A stretch of DNA of 64,000 nucleotides. It comes from Octopus vulgaris (taxonomy: Eukaryota). The stretch lies in assembly GCA_951406725.2 (NCBI GenBank), contig OX597821.1, positions 50,282,001 to 50,346,000 of the forward strand, given 5' to 3'. The notes under the pieces are model-generated. The model did no database searches. It saw only the letters and a list, made by a program, of their open reading frames with translations, and was not told the origin of the DNA. The stretch's first letter is position 1. Each line of letters starts with the position of its first letter. Position numbers and translations under genes: made by a program. Shown here one piece after another: positions 38,041-50,681 of this stretch.

Positions 38041-39532
38041 TTCTAAACTCAACAGATCAACTATCAGCCATGGTTAACTCTGTAGAGTATAGTTCACAAT
38101 AAATAAGTTATAATTCTGAATCATAACTGTAAATTCAACTGACTACACTGCAGTATATTAACTATAAATTTAATTGACTATAATTCAGTGTATTAACTAT
38201 AAATGCATTGACTGTAACAAATAGAATTGTTCAATTCATTGTTTTAAGCTAGCATGAATGGAATACATCAATAATTTCATATATTTGCAAGAACCGTTGG
38301 AGTGAGAATTGTTTTTAGTTGGATGCCCTTATAAAAATTTACCTTCAAGCATGAAATGGAAGCAATTTAAACTAAACATGAGCTATAAGATTTAGTAAAA
38401 AAAAATTAACTTAGAAAAGAAATGATTTAAGAAATAACCAACTATGAAATTCTTATATACATGTACAGCAAAATGCAACTAATTACTCTCCAAAACAGGT
38501 GAACACTAGAGAGTATGAGGTAAGCTCCTAGCAAGATAAGATTGTGGCCTGGATTACAAGTTGATGTAAGTTCATCTAATTTATTTTTTGAAAGCTCTTA
38601 AGAATGGAATGAACAGTTTTAAATCTCTATTCTTGTTTTATTAATCTTAAAACCTCTGAACATCATCATAACAAAACCAATAATCTAACAACTGACAGTG
38701 TCACCATCTCTGTTTAGCCATTCCTCCAAAGGAAATAATTCTGATTTTTGAAAAATTTATCTTTCTTTACAATAAATTAACTATAACATTACCTGCCATG
38801 ACATAACAGTGAAAATATATTTTTGCTACAGTTGTTAGTATCAGCTCATGTTACAACTTCAATTAATTGATAGTTAAACAGTATTACTGCTATTGATAAT
38901 ATATAGTAATTGCAAATATATAAATGAAAACATTTTATTTCATTTTAAGTTAACAAACACATATATTCTTAAACTAAGTATTCATTCCAGTATCTTATAC
39001 AAGCATCATAAATATAGTAAAACTATAAATTTACCTAAAAAATATTATTAATTTTACATAAAGTAAGGGAAGGATATTGCCAATGCTATCTGTCATATGA
39101 CAGGTGACTCTCTAGTTACTTCATAAAGTGCACTCAACAGAATTGTTTTTTTAACCATCATAGTTCTGGTGGATTCAAAATCTGCCAATGTCAACTTAAT
39201 ATATTTCATTCTTCTAGTGATGACAAATAAGTACCAGTACTATACTTAGATCAATTCAACAAATGATATCCTCCTCTCTTTACAGCCTGTTGATTAACCA
39301 ACCAAGTCATGCTACGGTGTATCATTTCGTCTCTCATATTTTAAGGTATCCTCAATCAATTTATATGGACCAAATCATTCTTAGGCAAGTTGAAGCATGC
39401 TGCTTATGCCTACACAAAAAATAAAATCAACAGTGACTTCAAAGAATATTTGAACAACTTCGTTTCCTTGTTGTGAGTGTGAATGTGTAACTATGTATGT
39501 ATATATCCATATATGCGTATATATATTTATAA

Positions 39533-39566
<34 letters not shown>

Positions 39567-39992
39567 TAATATAAATACATACATGTATACACACACACAT
39601 ACACAAATATATATATATATATGTTAAAAGGTGGCAAATTGGCAGAGAAGTTGAAACAATGCATTGCAGTATATGTTTCAACTCACTATGTTCTGAGTTC
39701 AAATCCTGCCATGGTTAACTTTGTCTTTCATCTTTCAAGGGTTAATAACAAAAGTACCAGTCCAGGGTGGTGGACAAGTGAAATTGCTACAGCATCAAAA
39801 GGGACACCTTACAGTATCTGTTGGGTTACATTCAAATCGTACAACATCACAAAAATAAAAAAGACAATATTTTCAGGAATTATGGCCAACAGCATCACGA
39901 ATTTGAAAAACAAAGGGAAACATACAATCAACTGCCACCATCACTACTCTTCGTGTGTGCGTGTGTACGCGCACGCACGTGTGTGTGTGTGT

Positions 39993-40016
39993 GCATGTGA
40001 AGGATGTCTGGGTGTG

Positions 40017-40055
<39 letters not shown>

Positions 40056-40172
40056 TGTGAAGGATGTCTGGGTGTGGTGTGTATATATATGCATGTGAAG
40101 GATGTCTGGGTGTGGTGTGTGCGTGTGTATATATATATATGCATGTGAAGGATATCTGGGTGTGTTGTGTTG
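39993..40172. repeat. 4x GCATGTGAAGGATGTCTGGGTGTGGTGTGT separated by variable (TA)n
   Basis: Copies start at 39993, 40053, 40091 and 40141. Confidence 0.95.
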
Positions 40173-41158
40173 TGTGTGCATGCATGTGTGTGTGTGTGTG
40201 TGTGTGCGTGATGTGTGTGTAAGTATATATACATAAGTTTCTGAATAATAATCAGGATTTGAAACAAACACAATACAGAACATTAGTGATTTATCAATAA
40301 ATTTAATGTTTTATCATCATCATCATCATCATGTTTAATGTTTCTTCTTTTTTTTTTTCTCCTTCTGCTAGAGCTGATTGATTTGAACCAGTCTACCATA
40401 CAGTAGTAAGTCTGACACAATCATACACTGCCTGGTAATATTGAGTTTATGTGCTATGACAAGAAGCATTACATAAATTCATTGTCTGAGATACGCTGCA
40501 GACTGCCAAAAATATTACATCTGAGCAACATGACCCAGCTTGTCTTAATGACATAACCTAGTCTATTACAAAATTGTTAGCTCGGTATAACAGAAACCCA
40601 TCCCACTACTATGCAGATTATCTAAAAACAATGTTAGGGATGAAGTGAATTCACACAGTCTGCATTAGTCAAAGCAACACACAACACACATCGAAAACCA
40701 TTAAGGCCCACAGTAAACTGACCCCAAAAATATATTAGGTGCAGTGACATGACTTCGATCATTTAATACGGCTTTAAGTAGCAAGTGAAATAACCACCAT
40801 CATCATCATTTAACATCCACTGTTCCATGCATGCACAAATTGGATAGTGTTAGTTTAAGGCAGATTTTTCTGTGGCTGGATGCCCTTCTTGTCAACCCTC
40901 ATCTGTTTATTAGCAAGAAAATTCTTTTCTTGTGCCCAGACATGTTTACACAGAATATTGGAAATGAATGATACTGCTTCTATGACACTAACAGGGCAAC
41001 ACTCATTATGCAAACATACAGACAAAACACACAGAACACACATATAGATACACAAATAGATATTATATATACAGAGAGATAGATAACTAATGTCATTTGA
41101 AAAACATGATGCTGGTACTTGATAAATCACAAGAAAAAGTATAAATATATATACACTT

Positions 41159-41198
<40 letters not shown>

Positions 41199-41519
41199 AT
41201 ATAAACATATATATACATCATCATCATCATCACCATTGTTTAACGTCCGCTTTCCATGCTAGCATGGGTTGGACGGTTCAACTGGGGTCTGGGAAGCTCG
41301 AAGGCTGCACCAGGCCAGTCAGATCTGGCAGTGTTTCTACAGCTGGATGCCCTTCCTAACGCCATATATATACATATATATACATATATACATACATATA
41401 TATCCATATATATATATACTTATATACATACATATATACATACATATATATATACATATATACATACATATATATACATATATATATACTTATATATATA
41501 CATATATACACATACATAT

Positions 41520-41592
41520 GCTATCGAACTCTTTTGCCAAACCGCTATGTTATGGGGACGTACACACACACACACACACACACACACATGCA

Positions 41593-41633
<41 letters not shown>

Positions 41634-41790
41634 TGGGCTTCTTTCAGTATCAGTCTACCAAATCCACTCACAAGGTTTTGGCCAACCCGAGGGTATTGTA
41701 GAAGACACTTGTCCAACGTGCCATGCAGTGGGACCGAACCCGGAACCATGTGGTTGGTAAGCAAGCTACCTACCACACAGCCACTCCTCT
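41520..41790 (-). mobile_element. SINE family A (partial)
   Basis: Body and head recognisable. Confidence 0.8.
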
Positions 41791-41805
41791 ATATATCTAT
41801 AAATG

Positions 41806-41861
<56 letters not shown>

Positions 41862-41863
41862 TA

Positions 41864-42030
41864 TCAGTCCTCAGCCCCTTCTTAATCATCATAGTCCTCC
41901 AGGCAGTAACAGTGGAATTCAAGACAGGATACCTCTGGGAGCTCCTCTATGCTGATGACCTTGCTCTAATTGCTGAGTCACTATCAGAACTAGAAGAAAA
42001 GTTTCAGGTGTGGAAGTAAGGATTAGAATT
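41864..42030 (+). mobile_element. RTE reverse-transcriptase core fragment
   Basis: [54 protein letters not shown] contains the SVLSP and YADD motifs. Confidence 0.9.
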
Positions 42031-42031
42031 G

Positions 42032-42232
42032 AATGCCTATTTCCTCTGCTCGTTTAATCCCATCATTTATTAAATATGTTGGGTAATGTCTCTTGATTGG
42101 GATTGATCTGAGTTCAAGGAGTCCTCGTTCATGAGTATTATTGTCTGAAACTATGGTACAGATTCTTTTTGCTATATTATAAGGTATATTAATTGTTATG
42201 TGTTTGGAGTGGTACGAGTTGAATAATAGGTA
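42032..42232 (-). mobile_element. Penelope-like element RT thumb-region fragment (67 open codons, absent from the ORF track)
   Basis: YLLFNSYHSKHITINIPYNIAKRICTIVSDNNTHERGLLELRSIPIKRHYPTYLINDGIKRAEEIGI matches the PLE motif YLxxxSxHPxH..xIPYxxAxR.....S......L..L...L..RxYP. Confidence 0.85.
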
Positions 42233-43554
42233 TTAATACAATTATGCAAAAAAAAACATTTTTTTAAATCTCCCCAAATCGTCCCACCTCCCAATTTTTT
42301 CTTAATTCGTGGTTTTAAAATACGGACAGTCTTAATAATTTCTACATAATTTTTTGACACTTATACGGAAAAAAAAGTTAATTGACGATCTTCACACTTT
42401 TTCACATAATCCTGGACTTTATATGTGAAAAGCCAGTGACATGCTGCATGTCCATCAACAATAGTAGCAGATAGACAGCCGTACAGTGGTACAACAACTA
42501 GTCCAAGTAGACAAAAGCCTTCTTTTTAAGAGGAAAACTGAAGTTGGAAGAGTGGTGAAGAAGTTTTGGATATTTGTGATCATCGTAACCAATGATGTGC
42601 AAGTTTTTTTATGTGCGTATGTGCGTGTATAAATATATATTTAAAGTAAATCGTATATACTCAGGTATATACAACAAAGCAAAGCCTAATGGTGTGACTT
42701 TTCTAAAACACCTTTAAGGACAAACAGTTTCCACAATGAATCCCAATTTAATCGGAATCTACACAATCTGAAGCATATTTGTAGAAAATTTTATTAAGAA
42801 ATATTTAATTTTCTCTAGGCCATGAAGAAGCAAATCTTTGGGGTTTAACTGTGTAGATATGCTGAAATATTTATATATATACGTGGATGTATATAAAACT
42901 AAGTCTGTAAAAATGTGTGTGTGTGTGTGTATATTTATATATGCTTCTGTATGCATTTATACATGTATATGTATAAGTTTTAGAAGATATTAGAATAATG
43001 GAATAAAAGTCAGTCATTATAAGAGAGCTCCCCAAAATCTATTTCTTAAATTATTGGTTCTAACACACATATTTACGCAATTTTGATTTTGAAGCATTCA
43101 AAAAATTATTTGGAAATTTTAAAGAGAAACGAATGGTAGATTCGAACTGTCCATAATTTAAAACCAAGGAGGAACTTAAATTTTTTTTTTTTCCTGAATA
43201 ATCGTACTAATTCCATTATGCAGAAGACAGAATCGAAAAAAAAATTTGTAAAAATAAAAAAGTTATGAAGAGTTTTAGCAAGCGCTTATATCATGACTCT
43301 CATCTTTTCCATGTCACACCAATATAGCAGTTGTAACTTTCATACATAATGACATTGTTACTGAAACATAAAATTAATGAATATAGAATACACTTACATA
43401 TATTATAATTAATGAAATATTTCATGTAATACTAGAGAAATGAGTCAAAAATTGTTTGATATGTGTCATGGTACCTGTTTTTTTATGTGCTTGCTCCTCC
43501 TAATTTTAGAACTTGAGTACGTCTTAATATTGGCACACACACATTTTTATATTC

Positions 43555-43583
<29 letters not shown>

Positions 43584-43594
<11 letters not shown>

Positions 43595-43831
43595 GAAGGT
43601 TTGAAAATGCAATTTTAAAGATGTTTATTCACTTGACCATTTTCACTTTTTTATAAAAAGATTGTCAAAGGTAAAATGTAAAGCTTTGTTGTGTTATGTA
43701 TTTAACACAACTTTACACAGTACTTAACATAACAAAATGTTACTTTTGACAATCTTTTTTTAAAAAAGTGAAACCGGTCAAGTGAATAACCATCTTTAAA
43801 ATTGCATTTTCAAACCTTCTTTCATATATAT
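43584..43831. repeat. Fold-back element with ~90-110 bp inverted arms and degenerate hammerhead-like motif
   Basis: gaaagaaggtttgaaaatgcaattttaaagatg...ttgtcaaa is the reverse complement of tttgacaa...catctttaaaattgcattttcaaaccttctttc; motif ttactt-TTGACAA-stem-GAAACCGGTC-aagtga at 43740-43785. Confidence 0.85.
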
Positions 43832-43872
43832 TTTCACTAGTGCAGTACCTTACAACTTCACTGTGTTATGTA

Positions 43873-44284
43873 TACTCTTTTACTCTCTTTTACTTGTTTT
43901 AGTCATTTGACTGTGGCCATGCTGGAGCACCGCCTTTTTAGTCGAGCAAATCGACCCCAGGATTTATTCTTTGTAAGCCTAGTACTTATTCTATCAGTCT
44001 CTTTTGCCAAACCGCTAAGTTACAGGAACTTAAACACAGCAGCATCGGTTGTCAAGCGATGTTGGGGGGCTGGAGACAAACACAGACACACAAACATATA
44101 CACACATGCATATATATATATATATATAAACATATATACGATGGGCTTCTTTCAGTTTCCGTCTGCCAAATCCACTCACAAGGCTTTAGTAGAAGACACT
44201 TGCCCAAGGTGCCACGCAGTGGGACTGAACCTGGAACCATGTGGTTCGTAAGCAAGCTACTTACCACACAACCACTTCTGCGCC

Positions 44285-44285
<1 letters not shown>
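43873..44285 (-). mobile_element. SINE family A
   Basis: Tail-to-head body present. Confidence 0.9.
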
Positions 44286-44310
<25 letters not shown>

Positions 44311-44315
<5 letters not shown>

Positions 44316-45871
44316 GTGTGCAAAAGTCTTAGGCAGTTTCATTTTTTTCTTTGAAATTTGATAATAATTGGAACTTAATGTTGAAATATTCATTTTTTAT
44401 TATATGGTACTAACTTTCTAATATATTATTTCAACATTCATGAAAAATTCCCAGAATTTTTGAAAAAAAAAAAGTTGGTTTCCAGTATTTGCCAAAGTTG
44501 ACCAAATTATGAACCAATTAAAAAATTGTTTCATTTCATTAAATTCACTTAAATGATATAATAAAACATCATGAAAACATTTTAACATCAGCTTTGAACA
44601 TCTTTATGCCAAAAAATTATTGATAATTTCATATTTATATCTTTAGATTAAATGCATTTGTAACTTTACTAATATTCTGATGTTTTTCTTTTTTTTCAGA
44701 TACTTCAGAAATTTCTCAATAATATTCTTAGAATGTCTAAAATTTCACTAGAAAATAGACATAAGGTGATACTTCTTTATGAGCAAGGTAATTCTGACAG
44801 AAATTTCAAGAAGAATTGGGGTATCTCAATGTGCAATTCAACAGATTATGATGAAGAAGAAACTGGAGACGTTGCAGACAAACCAAAAACTGGAAGACAT
44901 TCCAAACTCTCAAAAAGTGATTATCAGATATTTAAGGCTACCATCCCTTAGGGATAGCTGCAAGTCTAGCAAGGAACTCTCCCATGATCTAACTCAAATT
45001 TCAGGTATACAAATTTATCTTTCAACAGTAAGAAGAATCCTCATCAAAAATAAACTTCATAGTAGATTAGTAAGAGCTAAACTATTAGCAATAAGGCAAA
45101 GAGACTCATGTTTGCTACAGAACACAAAAACTGGATACCTCAGCAATGGAAAAATGTACTTTGACTGATGAGTCTAAATTTGAAATATTTCGTTTGGAAT
45201 GAAAGCAAGATGTAAGGTGCAGGAACAGAGAACATTTGAAGGAAATCTGCCTTAAGCATGGTGGAGGTTCCATAAGTGTTTGGGGCTGCTTATCTATCAG
45301 CCAATGGAGTTGGAGATTTGGTTTGAATTGAGGGCAATGTGAATGCTGAAAAACATAGGCAGATTCTAATTCATGTTGCTATTCACTATGGAATGCGACT
45401 CATAGGGAATCAGTTCACCCCAAGCACCCAGCAAATTTACTAAAAAATTATTTACCAAGGCAAAAATTTGCTGGTGAAATCAAACTCATAAAATGGTCCC
45501 CTCAGAGTCCTGACATGAACATCATTGAATCATTTCGAGATTATTTAGATCAAAGTAAAAGTGAAAAAGAAACAAAATCAAAAGAAGAATTGTGGACAGT
45601 ACTCCGAGATGCTTGGAACAACATTCCTCAAGATTATGTGCAAAAATTGCAAGACAGCATTCCAAAAACACTCCAAGCTGTTTTAAAGAATAAAGGTGGA
45701 CATACAGATTATTAGCTTTAAAATAAAATTCATGTTTTGCCAAGGGAATTATTCTTAATCCTATTAAATAGTAATTTGTTTGTTTGAAGTTATTTGTAAT
45801 TTACTTTGTCAACTTAATATTGCTTAGAATAAAAAAAAATATGAACTGTCTAAGACTTTTGCACACCAGTG
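44311..45871 (+). mobile_element. Tc1-type DNA transposon with both TIRs; transposase pseudogene 44733-45715
   Basis: TIRs tagtggtgtgcaaaagtcttaggcag / ctgtctaagacttttgcacaccagtg with TA on both sides. Motifs KTGRHSKLS, TDESKFEIF, KHGGGSISVWGC, WSPQSPDMNIIE, LKNKGGHTDY. Frameshifted, and the QDND catalytic motif is deleted. Confidence 0.93.
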
Positions 45872-46081
45872 TATATAAACACACACAAACACACAAAATG
45901 GGCTTCTTTCAATTTCTGACTATCAAATTTTCTGACAAGGCTTTGATTTAGAAAATGAGATCGATATGAAATGATTTATCATCTAGATTTAACCTATTAC
46001 TTGAAATAGGATACTGAAAGCTATATAAGGAAAAGAAAAAAACATATCTTAGAGCCTCATTAAAAAAAAATTGTATTTAAA

Positions 46082-46470
46082 TGCTTAGAATTCAATGGCT
46101 GCAACAAGCTAGAAATATGAAACACTGCCATACCCAAGTTTGAAAATCACCTCAGAAGAGTTGTTAGCTATTAAAAAAAAGAAAAAAAAGAAGAGAAAAA
46201 CTGATCCATCAAATTGGGTAAATATTTAAATTTGCAGAACTGTCTGACCCATGCTATACTGTTTGTTTCTCTTAAACAGTTGTTTGGGGAGAGTGACAGA
46301 TCATGCAGTTTTAAGGTTCTTTACAAATAAGGGAGAAGGATAAATGAGTAAAGTTTAAGATATTCATATTTAAGTAAAGCAGATACAGAGAATGTTCAGA
46401 CATTATATATTTGGACATCCTCATTCATAAGGCTATTAATGTAATCTTATCCTTGTACAAGGGATAGGGT
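46082..46470 (+). repeat. Copy 1 of a diverged ~370-bp direct repeat
   Basis: Shares gtaaatatttaaatttgcagaactgtctgacc, gaaggataaatgagtaaagtttaag and aatgttcagacatta colinearly with 50682-51042. Confidence 0.85.
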
Positions 46471-46494
46471 CACATTAATATATTTAATATACAT

Positions 46495-46897
46495 TTTACT
46501 CTTTTACTTGTTTCAGTCATTTGACTGTGGCCATGCTGGAGCACAGCCTTTAGTCGAGCAAATCAACCCCAGGACTTTTGGTCTCTTTTGCCGAACTGCT
46601 AAGTTATGGGGACGTAAACACACTAGCATCGGTTGTCAAGCGATGTTGTGGGGACAAACACAGACACCCAAACATATACACACACATACATATATGTATA
46701 TATATAGATTTATATACATATATACATATATACGACAGGCTTCTTTCATTTTCCGTCTACCAAATCCACTCACAAGGCTTTGGTCAGCCTGAGGCTACAG
46801 TGGAAGACACTTGCCCAAGGTGCCATGCAGTGGAACTGAACCCGGAACCATGTGGTTGGTAAGCAAGCTACTTACCACACAGCCACTCCTACACCTA
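46495..46897 (-). mobile_element. SINE family A
   Basis: Recognisable body. Confidence 0.9.
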
Positions 46898-47417
46898 TAT
46901 TAGGTATGTATAATATATATAATGTATATATAATATATATTATGTATGTGTAATATAGTATATATGTATAATATATATTATGTATGTATAATATATATTG
47001 TAGATGTATGATATATATATTATGTATTTATTGTATAACTAATAGTGATAGAAGCAATATTAATATCATGAGGGGACTTATCACAGTGAATAATAATATA
47101 TGACTAAGGTGCAGAAAAACACTCATGTTTATATCGCTGGTGGGCGAGAACCAAGCACTACAGCTGCTGAAACAGAGTGATCAGAACTGAGTGGCCTTTC
47201 TTGGCCTTGTCAATGGTAGACATCCAGCTAAACATAGGTGATATCACCATTAGTAATATATGAAATCTCAGTGTTGATTTAGGTACCAGTGATGCAAATT
47301 GCCAGTGGGCTTATCAAAAATGATTAATAGTTACAGAAGCAGTATCAATACCAAAAGGTAATGTTTATCTTCCACTTAAAGTGGGTGTTGTGTTAGAACA
47401 CAGCATACTGTGTTATT

Positions 47418-48150
47418 CGTGAAAGCGCATGGCTTGGTGGTTAGGGTATTCGGTTCATGACTGTAAAGTCATGAGTTCAATTCCTGGCAGCATGTTGTCT
47501 CTTTGAACACGACACTTTATTTCATGTTCCTTCAGCCCACTCAGCTGGCAAAAATGAGTAGTACCTGTATTTCAAAGGGCCAGCCTTGTCATACTCTGTG
47601 TCATGCTGAATCTTCCTGAGAAGTACATTAAGGGCACACATGTCGGTGGAGTGCTCAGCTGCTTGCATGTTAATTTCTCGAGCAAGCAAAGGCGTAGGAG
47701 TGGCTGTGTGGTAAGTAGTTTGCTTACAAACCACATGGTTCCAGGTTCAGTCCCACTGCGTGGCACCTTGGGCAAGTGTCTTCTACTATAGCCTTGAGCC
47801 AACCAAAGCCTTGTGAGTGGATTTGGTAGACAGAAGCTGAAAGAAGCCCGTCATATATATGTATATATAGATATGTATGTGTGTATATATGTTTGTGTGT
47901 CTGTGTTTGTCCCCCCAACATCGCTTGACAACTGATGCTGGTGTGTTTACGTACCCGTAACTTAGAAGTTCAGCAAAAGAGACCGATAGAATAAATACTA
48001 GGCTTACAAGGAATAAGTCCTGGGGTCGATTTGCTCGACTAAAGGCGGTGCTCCTGCATGGCCACAGTCACATGACTGAACCAAGTAAAAAGCTTTTCTG
48101 TTGATCAGATCAACTGGGACCCTCATCATCGTAATTGATGGAGTGCCAAA
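47418..48150 (+). mobile_element. SINE family C split by a full-length family-A SINE (47690-48092)
   Basis: The family-C body stops at tcgagcaagc and resumes at aagcttttctgttgatcagatcaactgg. Confidence 0.85.
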
Positions 48151-48239
48151 AAAGCTTCATTGTTTACCCTGAGGGGACCTCTTGTATGGACTTGTGATGC
48201 TTAAAAGTACTCATGCTTATATCGATATATGATATCTAT

Positions 48240-48481
48240 TACTTACTTCAATCACTGGACTGTGGCCATGCTGGAGTACTGCCTTGAATTTTAGGCAAAT
48301 GAATCAGCTCCAGTAGTTATTTGTTTATAAACCTGGTACTTATTTTATTGGTCTCTTTTGTGGAACTACTTAATTACTACTTAATTACAGGGACATAAAC
48401 AGGCCAACACCTGTTGTCATTTGGTGGTGGTGGTAGACAAATACATACACAAAGACAAACACACATAAATATATATGTATA

Positions 48482-48490
<9 letters not shown>
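48240..48490 (-). mobile_element. Tail half of a family-A SINE whose head half lies at 50530-50680
   Basis: Same orientation and complementary halves, separated at the internal microsatellite. Confidence 0.7.
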
Positions 48491-48523
<33 letters not shown>

Positions 48524-48759
48524 TACATATATTTTTCACACCTATTACTCCATAAATAAATAAAAAAACTTTTTCTTATATTCACATTCACCAATACCTT
48601 ATATGAGCAAAACGCCCCCCGTCAAACATTTAAACCAAATTTTCTCAAAACAACTTGTCCGACCATCCCATAGGCCTCCCCTTTGAGAAACACTGATTTA
48701 ACCTAAATTTGAGACACCAACAAAAGAAGGATTTTGACTGATGTACTTGCGCATACAAA

Positions 48760-48943
48760 TGCATGTTCCCACGGCTTTATCCATCGCATTCTCACCTGGA
48801 ATCGATTTTTGTAATTTTTTCAAGACTTATACACGCCCTGATACCATCGGTATCTACATATGAAATTTGAGTGCAATCAGATGGAGGATGCCCAAGATCC
48901 TAGAAGACACACACACAGACAGAACGGATTTTATATAATAGAT
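48760..48943 (+). mobile_element. Helentron/DINE-1-like non-autonomous element end
   Basis: atatgaaatttgagtgcaatcagatg...acacacagacagaacggattttatataatagat resembles the end architecture of such elements. Confidence 0.5.
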
Positions 48944-48959
48944 AAGTTAGACAATTATT

Positions 48960-50160
48960 TACAAAATGCCATGCTAGATTCTCAACTTATATTGCAATTT
49001 TTATTATTTATACAAAAACATAGTCAACCTACAAAATATAGAAAAGTACAACTTTTTTTAAAAAACATTTTTACGAATTTGTCTCAGCCTTATCTCCCCA
49101 ACATTCTTATTATTTTCTTCTCAACCTCTCAAAAACACTTCACTATCATCAAACGGTTTTTTTCAATATTCTTAGCCACAGCAAGTATTTTCTTTCTTAA
49201 TTCTGTAATATTAACAAGTATTCTTCTATCTTTCTCTCTTTATCAAATGAATAAAGTTTTTACACTAAAAAAATTCTTCCCATTATATAAAGCTATTAAG
49301 TACTCCCACACAACTCCGTATCTTTTTTTGCTTGAAATTCAAGTAGCTTAAATAAAACTATATTAAGTACTTTCTATTTCTTATTCTCGCACAAGAAATT
49401 CTCTTTTTTAAAATAATTTCTTTAAACATACACCATACTTAATATTTCTCATATTTCACTTATAACTGTCAAATCAAATATTAATTTAAATATAGCTAGG
49501 CTATCCCACTGGATACTTATATATATATTATATTTTACTTCTTATGATAAATGCTTTATATGGAGTGTATATTACTTAATTACATATTTTTATATAAGGG
49601 GAATGTTTCTTAAACATCTTTCACTTATATTTTCAAATGACCGTTAGCCGCATCAGTTTTAGTTCATACACAACTAGACTCAACAACACTATGTTAGCAT
49701 GCTCTTAATCTTTCAAAAGGATAATATGTATATCCGAATATGTCATGTGATATTCATTCCATCAAGTCTTCTGTAACAATAATAATATTATTTTGTTGAT
49801 GTATTCTTTTTTTGCACTGAGGAGAACAGTAATATGTAATTAATTTAATTTTAATTAGATTAATTTTTCATTTTTCTACCATGTTATTTACATGATAATA
49901 ATGCTGTTTGAAACGATCGTATGCATGGATTAAATTCTTTTCAAATTTTTAACATCTTCTCTTCTACATCTTTAACAATTTGTTGAGTTTCTAAAGGATA
50001 CTTGTTCTATATATTCTCATAACAGACCTTATACTTGTAGCATTTTCATATTCACAAAATTCTTACAACAGTAAGCTACCAATGAAATATGAAGAATCTT
50101 TATTGGAAATCGACCTTTGGAACCCTCCAAAGTAAAGGATGAAATAGAACTCAACCTTTG
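48960..50160 (-). mobile_element. Strongly decayed L1/Tx1-like ORF2 C-terminal region
   Basis: Broken minus-strand frames: KYPLETQQIVKDVEEKMLKI*KEFNP..TALLSCK*HG; V*ETFPLYKNM*LSNIHS; AIFKLIFDL; a knuckle-like LCENK..IEST...VVWEYL; ITELRKKIL. Confidence 0.5.
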
Positions 50161-50334
50161 CTCATATACATGTGTGTATGTGTGTGTGTGTATACATATA
50201 CATACACACGTACATATACATATACACACACACACATGTATATATCTATGTGCGTTTGTCTTTATGTATGTATTTGTCCACCACCACCACCAAATGACAA
50301 AAGGTTTTGGCCTTTTATGTCTCTGTAACTAAGT

Positions 50335-50515
50335 TCTCTCTTTTGTTCTCTCTCATTTTATTCTCTCTGTTTATTTCATGTTCCTTTCTGCTGAAGAGTG
50401 TAGGATCAAAACATAAAAGACTTTCTCACCTTCCTGAGCATCAAACTAATACACCCGGCTTGTTGTTTATACACCAGTTTTCCTCTTTTGTTTTTCTGTA
50501 AACTTCAGCTATATA
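50335..50515 (+). mobile_element. Penelope-like terminal repeat with decayed hammerhead-like motif
   Basis: cttt-CTGCTGA-A-GAGT-gtag-GATC-AAAACAT-A-aaag at 50384-50419; colinear with 25305-25505; ends in (TA)n. Confidence 0.6.
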
Positions 50516-50681
50516 TATATACACACACACACTGGGCTTCTTTCAGTTTCTGTCAACCAAATTCACTCACAAGAATACACTATAGCAGAATACCCTAGTC
50601 CAAAGTGTCATGTAGCGGGACTGAACCCAGATCTATGTGGTTGGGAAGCAAACTTCTTCAACAAAACCATGCCTGCACCAA

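Noticed and set aside
40372-40405. Possible 34-nt exon (polypyrimidine-TAG ... gtaagt)
   Set aside because: The acceptor lies in what looks like a decayed LINE-tail repeat; no homology or partner exons; such signals arise by chance in 64 kb.
41256-41885. 209-aa ORF and similar YIYI/HTHT or [18 protein letters not shown] ORFs throughout
   Set aside because: Read-through of SINEs and dinucleotide repeats; the same peptide recurs at every SINE copy.
48860-49351. 163-aa plus-strand hydrophobic ORF
   Set aside because: Spans a junction between elements and looks like the antisense shadow of a decayed minus-strand LINE frame.
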